A DNA stretch of 64,000 nt from Coniocarpon cinnabarinum (GCA_051942205.1 JAVECO010000002.1:62001-126000); one strand, 5' to 3'; positions 1 to 13,641 are shown, numbered from the stretch's first letter. Made by a program: numbers and translations. The notes: generated by a model not told the origin, from the sequence alone.

Positions 1-2546
1 TGGGAAGAGTACTGATGCTCGTTCGAAGCATCTGGATTTCTGCATCTGAGACTTGGTCGTATGAGTCGCGGCGCACAGCCGATACCATTCAAGAACCTAT
101 ATGTGTCTTAACGAAGAAGCTCTACAAAGAACCCAAACCAGTAATAATACACTGATCAATCCGTCGAGAAAAGAGCCCCAACACCCAAAGTCGCGACGAA
201 GTCTTGGGATTCGAGAACATAGGGTAATCTCTGCGCTGTAGCATTTGAGCCACAAGTCTAAGGTCTCGCCTTGATTTGCATAGGCGTAATGACAGAGCTG
301 GTTCGATTAGGAGGTGGAGTTTGTTGTGTCTACTCGACAAAGGACTCGCTTAGGCTGAACTTCAAATGGCTTCGGCATGCGTATTGATTTGCGCTTGCGG
401 CAGGGCGCTGATGTTTACGTCACTCCGTTCACCGCTGCATTTTTCACCTTCATTTTTTGGCGTAAGTCGAGCGTCAGGGTGTTGAGGACGCGTCTGATCG
501 GTTTGTCAATGGTTTGGCGAGGCTGGGATCAATCTATTTGCGAGCATTTTCTCCATTGCGTGGTTCCATTCTTTGGTTGGTTTGGCGCAGGTTATTGGAA
601 TGTCACCCAAGGATTCCCGACCGGTATATTGTTTGTTCCGGGCTACGCCCCCCTCCCCCCCCTCCTCCTACTGTTAGAGTGGCCTGCATTGTTCCCTGTC
701 TTCCTAGTCTCGTCAGCCCCAAGCTCCGGCAGAATGCCAGTCTAGTTATCGCATATCCAGCAGCGAGCTTTCACGGATCCATCTCCATGCTTCGCTCATA
801 ACCACGTGCATATTCTCCCTCTTGAACAGCAGGGTCCGTCGATTGATCAAGCCAAGTGCGCTGAAGTAAAAGAGGTGTACGACACATATTGCTGCGCAGG
901 TGGCATCGTCTATGTCAGATTGATTGACACAATTTAAATGCATCTGGAGCGGGAGCTCTGTACACCATTCATGCAGATCTTCTGCATCGACGATGCTCTG
1001 GGCAACGTTTTGTACAGTGGGATGGGGTTGTACAACCAAACGAGCTTTTATACTAGACAAATTAAGGAGTTCGCGGGGTAATAGTGTATGCAAACATCTG
1101 CTTCCGTTTGTCCTTTCTTCGCGAGTCTGTTTCTACATTAGCGGCAGTCAAGACTATCGAATATTCTGACTTACAAGTTGTTCAGGAAAGAGCATACTTG
1201 GAGAAACGTAGCCGAAGGTAGAGGACAGTCAGCTTCCTGCTTTTCAGTAAGCAAAGCCAAGGCTTGCGCAAGGATGTGTCTACCCTTGGACAGTGAGTAG
1301 TGTCTCGAAAGGAGTTCGCATTCTTGTCGCTCACTGTCATCTACATGGAAGCCTCCGGCAAGTAACGCACATGCCATCCCGAGACCAACTATTGCCGAGC
1401 TTTGTAAGTTGCATGGAATCCAATGCATCAGGCATCCTATTGCGAGACCGCTTCGAATGTCGAAAGATAGGTAGACACCTTACGAAGTAGCCAAGGTATA
1501 TTGCCATTTCTCTACTAGCTGATCGGCGTCCGCACTTTAAGCGTTAGAGACACTTACCTATATTAACGATGGCAACTGAGTTTTGTCTAAGGATGCTGCA
1601 TATTGCCAGTAATGCGAGATTTCTTACTCCAGCAACCATATTTGCAGCAATACCGTCTTCGAGAAGATGCTTTGCCATTGTGCATAGTATCTCACCTTGG
1701 ATGTCGGGAATGGAACGTCTCGACTGTTGCGCGCCTGCTGCAGCTACAGCACAGATTTCGCCGAGCACGGCGTTGAATGGCGAATCACGCGTGGAAATTA
1801 TGTGAAGCAATTCTTCTACACGCGCAGTTTAGATCGTCGGAAGGAGGCATCCGGTGCATTGCAGGAAATATTCGAGGGCTTCGTGCCATACTCGGACCTC
1901 ATGAAGTATTGCTCTGGCCGTGCAATACGATAAGGCTTGTCTGGACGCTGAGCGGACGATGCATTTGCTTGCTGTCTGCCACTAAGTCCATCATCAACGG
2001 CACTGCTTTGCTCCGCCAACGAGAGCTGCGCGTGCGCTGACAAGATCTCCGCGCAAGATCCCCCCGCTCTGATATCAGAAACGATCACGCGCGCGTGTTC
2101 TATCGCCTGACTGTGAAGAAATCGAAGTACCTCCAATGCCGGCACTTCACCGGCTGTTCCAGCGTCCACAACTCGCACGCGATACCGTAAGAAACATTCC
2201 TCATGGCTCTAGAATATGACACGCTTGCTCCCAGTCGCGGGACAACGCTTGCAAGCGCGACCACCCTCGCACTAGTCGCGGTCTATACTAAATCACTCCT
2301 TCTTACCTTGACTCTCAAGTGTTATTCTCGTGTAACATCGTCCGTTGTTACTTACACTTTTAGCCTGCGGGGGACACGTTTCGCCTCGTAGCAGACACTG
2401 AGATTGGCCAGATCCCAGCGAATTCGGCCACGTGCACCAAGATGTTTTGACTGATCGGGCGCAGCGTCAGAGCAATCTCCAGTTCTACCGAGACGACCGC
2501 AAGGGCCCATTGAGAATGCTACGACGTCAACGTATCGACGCCTCAT
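1..2546 (-). pseudogene. Decayed Zn(II)2Cys6 / fungal-specific transcription factor pseudogene (3' end may run off the window)
   Basis: The minus-strand fragments join into one spliced gene. Half zinc cluster CEGGRACKRCPATGSKR at 2271-2221, with the last Cys read as CGT. Linker EVLRFLHSQAIEHARVIVSDIRAG. TF-domain-like segments ALEYFLQCTGCLLP, LGEICAVAAAG, AKHLLED and LHEWCTELP...VHLFYF. Canonical introns (GTAAGT donor at ~1558; GTATGC...GCTAATGTAG at ~1197-1132). In-frame stops at 2209-2211, 1829-1831, 1480-1482, 746-748 and further downstream, plus a frameshift at ~1900-1990. The 5' limit is uncertain. Confidence 0.7.
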
Positions 2547-2956
2547 TCAGTTCTAGACCGCGTGACTACAGGTGATCTGCACGAGATGCCTAGGCTTAAA
2601 AAAGGCAGGGTGAATTGACGGTATCTTTTGATTTACACACCGTTCGGCCCAGGTTCGCAGGCTTCTAATCGAATGTCTAGCCAGTGTATATTAAAGTCTC
2701 TTGTAATAGATCTTTATTACATTTATCGGCAATTTGTATATAATGCGAAACTTACCTCTTTTATGCGCACTATTGATGATAACCCGAAAAACAATCAATC
2801 TACCCAGCCTTTTTCCCTAAGAGCAGAAATGCGACACTCGACACGTGATATAGAACGCGTCGACGTCATACGCTTTTGCTGCCCCTATATGGAAGGTCGT
2901 GGCCTCACTCCAATTGTTCAGCACTGCTCTATTCGACTGGGCTCCTTCGTGTACCA

Positions 2957-4086
2957 ATGGCTTCCAAGATTGCTTTGATCACGGGCGCCACTGGCCTGTT
3001 GGGGAGAGAAGTGTTTACAGCCTTTGAAAAGGCAGGATGGACAGTCACGGGAACTGGCTTTTCGCGCGCTTCGGGCGACATCCTCAAAGTCGACCTGACT
3101 AGCGAGGACGAGATCAATGCTGCATTGCAGCGAGTAAAGTAGGTCTGCATACTGCAAAAGCGGCCATCATCCGAGTTGAATGTTGCTGATTTGCCCGTTC
3201 TAGTCCACGTACCGTCGTACATTGTGCCGCTGAGCGTGCCCCTGATAGAGTGGACTCCAACCCAGACGGCTCTCGAGCTCTGAACGTCACGGCGACCGAG
3301 GCACTCACCAAAGCCTGCAGCGCCCGCAACATCTTTCTACTCTACATTTCAACAGACTACGTTTTCTCGGGTAAAGAGGGGCAAGCGCCGTACCCTGCCA
3401 CCGCTGAGACTGGACCCACCAATCTCTATGGCGAATTGAAATTGGCGGGCGAGGAGGTTGTGGTGAACGAGACGGCTCACTCCAGAAACGGAGCGATCTT
3501 GCGGGTACCCGTTTTGTACGGGCCCGTCAGTGACCAGCTTGGCAACAAGGAAAGTGCTGTCAACGTCCTCATGGATCAGTTGTGGATGGCACAGGAAAAG
3601 GGCAAGATTGTCAAAATGGATGATTGGAGTATACGCTATCCAACCTTGACATCGGACGTTGGACGAGTTTGTAAGGTACGTGAGACACGGTATACTTGAC
3701 ACAGTTGGCGAAGGACGAGAAGAGCTCAACGGCCTGGCGGCCGTCTTGCTACTATCCAATTCATACTTACACGTGTTCAGGACGTGTGCCTCAAATACAT
3801 TTCGACCGAAAAACAGGAGGAGCGTCTCGCAATGCCCCAGAAACTGCAGTTTACCGCCGAGGAGCGTTTCACCAAATATGAAATATGCCAGGTGTTCGCC
3901 GAGATCCTGGGTCTACCATTGGCGGGTCTGATGGCCCACAAACAAGGCAACGATCCGAACGCGGCTGTGCAACGGCCGTATGACTGTCATCTTAGTACCG
4001 GAGAACTCCAATCCCTGGGCATTGACGTATCCTGTCAAGACTTCAGAACATGGTGGCGATGGCGGCTGGGTGCCTTCAAGAAATGA
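2957..4086 (+). CDS. RmlD-like extended SDR (dTDP-4-dehydrorhamnose reductase / MAT2B-like NAD(P)-binding protein), 3 exons
   Basis: Rossmann motif ITGATGLLG, VVHCAAER, YISTDYVFSG, catalytic YGELK, ILRVPVLYG and RPYDCHL. Introns 3139-3203 and 3676-3780 keep the frame. Confidence 0.9.
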
Positions 4087-5911
4087 GGTCAACGCTCAGC
4101 TGCTCCGACGTCTAGGCGTGCTGCCTGCGCATGAGCCGTCGTCATCAGATTTCGTCTCGATGGCGAAAAATCGGAAGTCGCGGTATGCCACACGCCAGAC
4201 TATGATGCGGCTGATGTCACGCCGTAGATTTAGACGCGTCTCGGAGGCATCTCGAGCGCAAGACACCGTTAAGCGAGATATGTGGTTGGGGGCCAAGCTA
4301 CAGAGACCTGTCAAAGACTAGCTTGAGCACCTATGCGGAGAAGGTGACGCTTTTGTGTGCGGCTCGCGTTACCAGCTGCATGTGTGAGGGATGTTGGCCG
4401 TGCGGCACTTGCCGTTCCGATTAACCTGAGACACGCTAGCCCGTACAGCTTCTCGAGTGGCGATGGAGAGGCAGGAGAGGCAGTTCACACCCACTCACAC
4501 ACGAACACAATCGCTCACCTGGAGCGCTGCGTTGACGAGCAGGCTCCTCACCGGGATTGACATGACCCTATCGCACGATGCCGCGCGAGACATGCCGATG
4601 GGGACCTGTGCCGGGCACTCTGCATGCTGTGAAGCGCCGCAACAGTATCAATCTTGAACACATCGAGCTGTGGCCCCAATGTGGACGCCGTTGCTATGAG
4701 CACTGTTCAGGCGCCGCTCCGCATGAAGCCCGTGGTCCAGGTCCAGTATATTCTAGCGCAGCCCCAGATTTGGCTTCCCGGCATTTAAAGTTCACGCCGC
4801 GATCCTTGCTCAGGGGCCTGCTCGGTGAAACTAACCAGGCTTGGAAGCTGACAGACGCTCTGCTTGATCTATACAGCGGACAGTGCACGGCACTCGGCCG
4901 CCGGATGGCCTTGCGTGTGTCGCCAAGTCAGAGAGACGGGCGTCAAGGCGCTGCTAATTACAATGCAGGCGCACGGAGGCCTGCCACAGACGCTCGAATG
5001 GGAGGGACAGACGTGGCTAGTGGGCGGGGATCGACCTTGATCTGTTGTCTCGGGCCCGGGCTTGGAGACTCGTCGACGAGCTGTGTCATTTGACTGACCG
5101 GGGGCAGCTACACATAGTTGCTACGTCAACACTACATCGCGCACTGTGCCTCTGTCGACCTCTGGTGCTGGCAACTATGTCGTTGCAAGACACAGGCACA
5201 AATGAAAGAGCAGAGTCATCTCTGCCGAGCGTACCAGGGATCCTGGAGCGATTGCCTTCTCGGCCGCACCTCGGCCGCTGCGCGGCCGCTCCCCATCATT
5301 CATGGATCGTGGGCTAGCCTTCAACAGCCGGGCACAATCACGGCCAAGGTTCATCGACTGCAATAGAGATGCATTGAACAGAGTGTCCTCCAACTGGTCG
5401 CAAAAGCGGGAAACAGCGCAAATACCCGATAATCATATGATCCGTCTTTCGCGTCCTGAATCAAGGACCCCTGGTCTGAAGATCAACCTTATAGCTGCGG
5501 AGCTTTCGTCCGAGCTTTGACGCCGCGAGCCGCTTCGACAGATTAGTGCATCGGCACCACCAGTGCACATCCATTGCTCGACCGAGCTAGCCGCATCCGG
5601 GCCATTTTGCGGTAGGGCTGCCTATATCCACAGTCATTCAATTCTTGTAGTTCGAGACATCTTCCGGCTTGATTGACGCAACAACCAACTCGTCCATTCA
5701 GTGGGTGTATCACATTACGTCGCACCTACGAGCACCCCTCAAAAGCGCCTTGGCTAGCTTCCATTAGCTTCTACTGGAGCCAGACAATCTGTCCCGCGTC
5801 TCTTTCTTTAGATCCCATATCTCAATTCGTAGTTAAACAGGCCTCAAACCGACATGCATGTTCGAAGTTTTTCAAGGCTGCGAAAATATCTCAAATTCTT
5901 CACGAGCAATT

Positions 5912-7945
5912 ATGGTAGGACGCGGTGGAAGATCGAAGGGCTGCGCCACATGCAGGAGACGCAGGGTTCGATGCGGTGAGTCTCACACATGTGCATTTCC
6001 CCGTGTACGAGGAGAGCTCTATCAATCCAATTGCAATGCTGACAGGAGAGTCGATAGATGAAGGCAAGCCAGAATGCCACAATTGTCGGAGGTTAAACTT
6101 CGAGTGTGGCGGTTACACAAATCACACCTTCATCAATCAGAGTGTGCCCCCAGGGGAACATTGCTCTCTTTCACGACGAACATCATCCCTGGGCTCCTCA
6201 CGCTCTCCTTCCCCATACAAGTATGATCCTCGGCTAGGAACAATCGATCTGTCTCCAATACGCTTCGCGGGTGAATTTAGGCCCTTGACCCCACCTCAAG
6301 AATCTAGCATCGAAGCATTTGCGATTTGGGCACTGTTTCAAAATCAGAACCGTGAGAGCAGGTTGTGGCTACCACTCACCATCTCTCAAACGGGACACGA
6401 CGCGCTGGCCCGGGACTCTTTCTCTGCGCTGGCTCAGCTTGCTTTTGGCCGAGCTCATCACAAAGTAGAGATCGAACGAGGGGGTGTTCGAACCTACGGC
6501 AAGGTTCTCACAGCACTAAATCAACGTCTCCGAGATCCGCGGAGGGCTGATAACTGTGACACAATCGCAAGCATCATTATCCTCGGCGTATATGAGGTGT
6601 GTTCTGTGACTGTCCGATACACGCTGGTGGCCGAGTTGGACTGAACGTACTAACCATTGTGCCCACAGTGCCTCTCGTCTCAAGACACGTCAGCAGGCTG
6701 GGTAAGCGTCAATGATTTTAAGTCATGGCTCTTTCATGAAGCTAATGATTTTGTTTAGGTTCAACACCACCTCGGGCTTGCCAATCTTTTCAAGCTTCGC
6801 GGACCCAACGCATTTACCTCATCGACTGACCGGGAGCTCTTTGCTGGGGCTCGGCTACCGATCATCACCTGCTTCCTCACCATTCGTCAACGGTGCTTTC
6901 TTGAAGAGCCCGCGTGGAAAATTCAACCCTGGTCACACACTGGCCAGAGGCCTGGTTCTCCGCTACTCAAAAGTGCAGCAGATCATCTGTATGATTTGAT
7001 GGCAGAATTACCTGGCATGCTCGAGGAATTGGATGATTTACGACGGGAAGAGCCATTTTGGGAACATGAAATCTGGTGTGACCAGCTGCTCTCTAGAGCA
7101 CTTGACAAACTCAAGACCCTTCGAAAGTGGTATGAAGGGTGGATGCGCACTTCGCCATCCATGATCTGGTCACGACAGAGGTACGTTACGATGTATACGA
7201 GCTCCGCTTGCAACGGCCGAGCTACACGAGACAAAACACTCGTCAATTTCGCTTCATTTTCGCTTGGAATTCTCCTTAAGCTGACTATGGCCATAGTGAT
7301 CAGCCGCGACATCCCCTGGAGGATCTCCTGATTCCACCATTTCCCAATCCCGAGATCACGCCTTTTAACTTTACCACGCTGCTTGTCGGCCACACCTTCG
7401 CCATCTACCATGCGACGCTCATCCTCCTCTACACCATTGTACACCCGCTACTATCGCTTTACCCGTCTCTTCCCGCTACCTACATGTCCACTGTGACTTA
7501 CAGTGCATCATTTCCTCACTCCTCTTTTCCCATCGCATCCACCTATCACGTCCCCGAGCGGACTCACCTCACCACCTCAAATGTCGAAGCCGCTATCGAA
7601 ATCTCTATCGACAGTGTCATGGCTTCGCTGCCATTCCACATCGCTCCATCCACACTAGGCAGCTCAAGGAACGAACCGCCTCCTCATAGCCCCAGTCTCG
7701 GCGCCTTTTTCATGATTACAGCCTTGAAGATTTGTCAATATCCTGCTTGGGGCAAGCGCAGAGAGTGGTTGGACACCGTTTTGCGACGTATTTCAGAGAC
7801 CACCAAGGTCGAGGGACCGTGCAGCGCGGATGTTTTCACCGGCGTGGTGGGTTGGAAAATTGCGACGAATTTGCCATGGGAAGAGCGAGGGTATGCGCTG
7901 TTCGATTCGAAGCGGACACTGAAATGGAAAGAGAGCGATGCATGA
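5912..7945 (+). CDS. Zn(II)2Cys6 transcription factor with fungal TF domain, 5 exons, intact
   Basis: MVGRGGRSKGCATCRRRRVRC|DEGKPECHNCRRLNFECGGY contains all six Cys. Later motifs WVQHHLGLANLFKLRGP and CFLEEPAWK. Introns ~5976-6057, 6597-6668, 6702-6758 and ~7181-7296 give a continuous frame. Confidence 0.9.
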
Positions 7946-8781
7946 TTGCACTTAAAGATTTGTCGTGGTGTTGGCGGGCATTTGACTGTACGTTAAGCAT
8001 TGCATGGCATAGCAAATTGTATGAGGGTGTCTTGAGTGAATTCACCGGACCTGACATCATTGGTCACCTTTTTCCGCGGGCACCGTCTCAATCGGCGGAA
8101 ATACCCCTGATTCAGTGATTAATGCGCAGTCGCGTTTGCTGAGAATTCTGCATGCCACTATGTACGCAATTGACCGATATGACCGATTTTGGGGCCACTG
8201 GGCTGTGCTTGAAGCGAGCTTGAAATCTCTCACTGCTGCTTTCTCGAATCTACAGCCTCTCTGCTGTGAAGCGGCGCGCTGTCATCGTCTGCTTTATCCC
8301 GCGACGCACGCACAGCATTTTCACAGCTCGGAAAATACGACCTAGAAGACAACGCGACCGTGACTCGATTTGACAATTCGCGAAGCAGCATGCTCGAGAA
8401 CATTGGATGAGGTAGACATCGCAATCCATGGTACAAAAAACGCGAAAACGGTGAGGATAGAGGTCGCGTGCAAAAGTCGCGCGCAAAATTCGTAAACGGA
8501 CTGATAGGCACTGCGCATCGGAAACGGTATAGATTGTCGCTTGACGATTTTTGAAATTTTCCAATTGATTATGCATACGTCGAGCGTACTGTTGAGTATA
8601 GATGCTTGTATTCTGAATACCTTGAAGGGATTTCAATGAGGGGAGATCTCCATGGAGGATCTTGAGGTGATCGCCGATGGATCGGTCGGAGATCTGACTG
8701 ACTTGCGCTTTCACTTCTGAAGGCCTGCATATACTTGGTGATCAATCTACCCCGGAAAACAAAAATTGATTTATTTGAATA

Positions 8782-8808
8782 TTAGTGGAATTGGTGGAAT
8801 TAGTGGAA
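8782..8808. repeat. 9-bp tandem repeat TTRGTGGAA x3 in an AT-rich intergenic patch
   Basis: ttagtggaa ttggtggaa ttagtggaa read directly from the sequence. Confidence 0.8.
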
Positions 8809-11202
8809 TTGAGAAATTAGAACTTTATTCTTCCCGAATTTCGGGTTGGGACTATGTAGTCTTATTCGTAGTTGGCTAGGCTCTTGCACCTAACGGGGCT
8901 GGGCGAGCAGAGCAAATTGTCAAGAAAGACCTACATTATCAGAAAGCTGAGCCATCAAACGCTAAATCATCAAATGCTAATCCATCAGGGAAAGGCTCGA
9001 GTTGGAAGCGACTGCGTGACGCCGCAATACGACTCACTAGTTAGTATCAAGCAAAAGGCCAGGGAATTGACGATCCAACCAGACAATTTTCCCTTCTCCC
9101 TTTCATTTGCAGAAAAACGATAATTCAACACGGCGTTATGGACGTTATTAGCCCTTTCCGCGAGCAAGCCCAACACCGGTAGATCTAGCGTCTAGCACCA
9201 GCGTCGCCACGGTGTCGTTGTCGTTTCCAAGCAGAAACCCATCAAGTCACGTCCCTCCCATTCGCGCCCGTGGTACTCTGCGCCCGGAGAGATCCCACAA
9301 CGGACGGCCAGCAACGAGGCACCAAGCGCCCTCGCCACGCGCGCCGATCTGCAAACCCGTGCCCGTGCTTGAGTCGTAGCGTCTCCAGCTGCGTTCGTCT
9401 AACGAAACGCGCAGCGCGCATTAGCGGGGTCTGGTATTGCTGGGGCTTCCGTGCCGTGTTTTTAGCGCTGGCTGGATTTTCATACCTATTGTGTTGGGTT
9501 CGTTATGTGTTGGGGTCAGTGGGTCGTGGAACGGGGCGGGTGATCGACTGTGCAGACATTGTTTTGACTTGGGAGCTGCATGCGGCTTTTTCGACCCATT
9601 GTGGTTTCGTTTCAGAGGACGATTGGCAGATTGGAGGTGGCATTTGATCACTGCGGAGTGTGACGCGAATTTCTCGGATGTGCTGGATCATTCTTTATAC
9701 TGGTGGCATCAGTAAGACATTATTGTTCAGAGTCAGGGTAGCGCGGCAATGTACAGCAAGCGGCATGATTCGATGCTTGGTAATCAATCCTGTCATATTT
9801 GGTAGATTTAGTAATTACTAATAGGCATACTGGTGCATTGTGTATGACTAGCACCGCTACGCTAATGCAGATGGACATGAGCATCGACACATGGCAACAC
9901 GCGTCCTCAACAAAGCGAAGAATACCCGACCGCCAGGAACGAGGATCCGCTCATCGTGAGCGAATGCAGGTCAGCGCCGAGATCCCTCCGCTTCACAGAA
10001 CCGACAATACATCTCCTATACCACGTATGATCGCCGTAGGATTCAATTCAGGAGCAATAATCCTCCCAACCCAAACACCACGTCGCTGGAACGCAGCCAC
10101 ACTTCCATCTTGGGACGGCTTTGGTTGTACATCTTACCACGTCACGACATTTCCTAATCTAAGACCAGTCGATCGCCAGAACGACCCATGAAGCCACATT
10201 CAAACGACCACCTATTCTACATCACCCCACTTAACGGACAAAAAAGTCCGTGCCGTTTACAGACGAAAAAGGCACAACCCACGACCCGAGGGCAAGGTCT
10301 TCGGGCCCGTACGAGCAATCCGTGCCCGCAAGGCCGTGCACAAGATCAGCGCTCGGCCCGGGATTCCCAGGTCTGTGCGAGGGCCTCGGGTGGGCGTGGG
10401 AGGGCCGTACGCGGGCTTGGATGGGCCGGACGTGGGCTTGAGTGGGCCGTACGGGAAGAGAAGGGAGTATTGGCAGACTATTCTCCGAGAAGAATAGACG
10501 GCTGGTTTCATGACGCGAGACGTGAGTTGTTGGACTTTGCAGGGTCTTAATTTGTTTCTTCAGCTTTTTTGAGAAGGACACGCTGGGGAACACTGGGACC
10601 GCGCCTTGCTGTGCGGCATGGGTGGTGAGCGACAAGTGGCGTTTTGCGTACGAGACGGAGCCGGGTTCGGAGGTTACTAAGCTTCTGTTGCATGACTCGT
10701 GCATGGATTCCATGCAGGTTAGCCTTTGTGAAGGGGCGCAACGTCTACAATGTTAGGATCGGCAAGGTTTTTTTTTTTTTCTATTTTTTTTGGTATGTTC
10801 GCAAACGTCAGCTCGGAAGAGCTTGGTAGTATGCTCGTAATACGGTGATCAGGTATATAGATGAGCTGTTCAGAAACGCTCCGCCGTAATGACTAAGATC
10901 ACGTCTTGTCATTAAGGATGCAACTTCCATGGCAGCCCAGTACATGAGTTTCAACCTAAACGCATCATCGCTCGTACGCGTAGACTGCCTTAACTGCCTT
11001 AATTTTAGCAATGATTTCCCGTGTTCACAGTATCAGATTGGTGACACATGTCGTAGCCATCCATGATGATCGTAGTACATTAGCAATTGGGTCTCCAAAA
11101 AACTCATACCCGCTGGTCGTTGTAGTAGATTCCCGATGGCCGGATGATTCGCTAAGGAGAGTCATCATCTGTATCATCGACTGCACGCGCGCGAAACTGT
11201 GC

Positions 11203-12513
11203 TCAATTTCTCAATGCCTTCTTTGGTGTTGCATATCTTATACACAGCCAGACCAGGGCAGTGAGCGCGGTCAAGAGAAGCGCAACACCTATCATGATAC
11301 CCAATGGGGCCCACTCGACCGAGAAACTAGTGTTTGATTTTGCTGCAGGGTAATGGAAGAAGTCGACAGCAAAGGTCTGCGCAACTAGTCCAAAGGGGAG
11401 ATAAACCATGCCAAGGTACGCGATCGTCTTCATAGATATGTTGTCGCGACGGGTATTGTTAGCAATGGTGGTAAAGTTGATCGTGTCCAGCTGTGCTCAA
11501 GTCAGACTAATAGCGCTCGTTTTTCAAATTGGCGGCTACCTTACCACATTGATTTGATGCTGCGCACGATCGTGCCAGTATTGTAAATTCTCGAGCGTAC
11601 ATTCTAAGCCCACGCGATGCATCAGCAATGCTTCTCGGGCGACAGGCGAGCGCTGAGCAAGGCGGAAGGTCTTTCGAAAATTATCTTCAGCCTTGAGCAC
11701 CTTGTCAGCCATTTTCAGCTGTACCCGACCTGCCATCGAATTGGAACGGCATTGTTGAGCAAGATCGTGGAGATTCTGTGCCTCAGTGTGCAGGTCTGCC
11801 GTGGTCCAGTCGATAGCTTGGCCTTGAAGTGATGGTCGAAGATTGCCTCGACCACTTCGTTGCTCGTGATCCATTACCCTCATTCGAGACGCATAGTGGG
11901 CCGCACGAAGATTGGAACAGTCAGAATGCAGTAGAGCTTCTATCAGCAGGAATGGGTCTTGATGAGAGCCCTGTTGCAAGAAATGCTTCACGGCCGTCAT
12001 GTGTGTCGCCACATTCTGTGCGGCAACGAAAGCAAAAGTTTGTCCTGCATGGACAGTGTGCCTGAGGTAGACCACTGATTCCGAGTGCCCATAATATGGT
12101 ATCCGAATGAAAATATCTATTGAATGTCAAAGGTACTGGTAAAGCGTATGAAAATGCAATAGAGCCTGAGCTTTGTTCGCTATGCACGCCCCAACACGAG
12201 TATTGGGAATGTAGTGTAGACTCACGTAAGGAAGTCGGCTCGAGGTTGTCGTTATAGCTGAGCGCCGTAGAGAAACCGCCATGAGATTGCGTGACGAGGG
12301 CACACACCCGTGGATGGATGATCATGTTGGCCAGAAGCCACCGCCAGCTTCTTTGGTCAAGAGACAGTTGTGAGAGAGCTACATCGGATCTGCCATGGCG
12401 CAACAGCTCCTCGTACCTCACTTGAAACTCAGCAAAGCTAGCCGCAGTTAGTACTGACACAATACGTTATTCAAACATACTAACAAAATGGCGGTAGCCG
12501 GAGTGGAGCTCAT
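11203..12513 (-). CDS. Fungal CorA-like (Mg2+ transporter-like C-terminal two-TM) protein, 4 exons
   Basis: C-terminal signature TRRDNISMKTIAYLGMVYLPFGLVAQTFAVDFF followed by a second TM (WAPLGIMIGVALLLTALTALVW). Introns with GTTAGT (12484), GTGAGT (12225) and GTAAGG (~11544) donors join ORFs 11921-12460, 11536-12075 and 11203-11433. The start codon is uncertain. Confidence 0.75.
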
Positions 12514-13201
12514 GTAATCTTTCTCGAAGACGCGTTAGCGACGACCTTCAAAGCTCTTGAGTTGGTTATTACCAACATAAAACGCAGCTCGCCGCTCCTC
12601 GGAAAGAAAGATCTCAGATGATCGCTCAGCTCATTTCAAGTCAGCATCTGCGTAGTAAATGGCACAGTCAGTCCCACAAAAAACGCCTGCAGCAACCTGC
12701 ATGTAGTTCAATACGAAGGGCGCCGGTTCTAATTGTGTCGCTGCTGTACTATGATCCAGTAAACATTTGTCCGACATGATTTCATTCGTCAGATGGTGCA
12801 AGCACCCAGGCCAATTGGCAGCGGCAGCGTAAGCCATGATGGAAGGCTCCTCGCAGTTCAACTCCACCAAGTTGTATTACTTGAAGCGGAGATGTCCGTA
12901 TTGGTTAGTCCACAAGTATCATTAATATCATCACACTGGCGATGGAGCATATGGATTACTTGTTTACAGCAGTGTGAGGACAAGGCTCTGGAATGCCTAG
13001 ACCAGGCGACCACTGCGCCATCTGCGCCATCTTCAGCCTATCAGCTTACTTATGCAAGCACCGACCAGGCGCATCAATCTTCAGTGATTGGCGTGGTCTC
13101 GAAGCTGGCACAACATCTGGCGGGCTATTGCAAAAAGGCTGTGACAAGTGCAAAAGGTCGAATCGCGTAGCCCTTTTCCTAAACGCGAGTAAATATAATA
13201 A

Positions 13202-13254
13202 CACGTGACCTGATGGTCTTGGCGCACGTGATTTGTTCGTCACTAAGCACGTGA
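13202..13254. promoter_or_regulatory. Three CACGTGA E-boxes at exact 23-bp spacing
   Basis: CACGTGA at 13202, 13225 and 13248, upstream of the minus-strand CorA-like gene. Confidence 0.45.
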
Positions 13255-13641
13255 TTCTCTCCAGGTCTTCTTTTCTCGTAAGCCATGCTTGATATCTTAC
13301 ACACACTCTTACTACTTTGCCTCCGTAGCGTCGATACAAGAGCTTGAAATGGACCTGAAACTGAACATGTCTCCAAATTCGTACCACATTTGGATATACA
13401 GGGCTTTACTGATGCCTCAGGTGCATATGAACGCTATTGCAAAACCCCCCAGGGATTTGTACACAGGTGTCCGTGACCGCTCGGCAACGCAAGGAAACTA
13501 CTTCACCTTTCACAAAACACCCGTGAATACCACTGGGCATGACCTCGATTGGTTTTGACTCGACGGATCTTCGTTCACGAGTTCCAATGGATGTATCTTC
13601 CATGCACAGGGGATATGTCCGACTCTGCGCCCCTTGAACAC

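Noticed and set aside
2620..2830. AT-rich stretch as a RIP-mutated repeat
   Set aside because: Too short, with no identifiable parent repeat in the window. It may simply be promoter DNA.
8100..9150. ORF 8250-8714 and the AT-rich patch as a transposon relic or telomeric repeat
   Set aside because: No transposase, RT or gag motifs and no TIR/LTR were seen. TTAGTGGAA is not TTAGGG.
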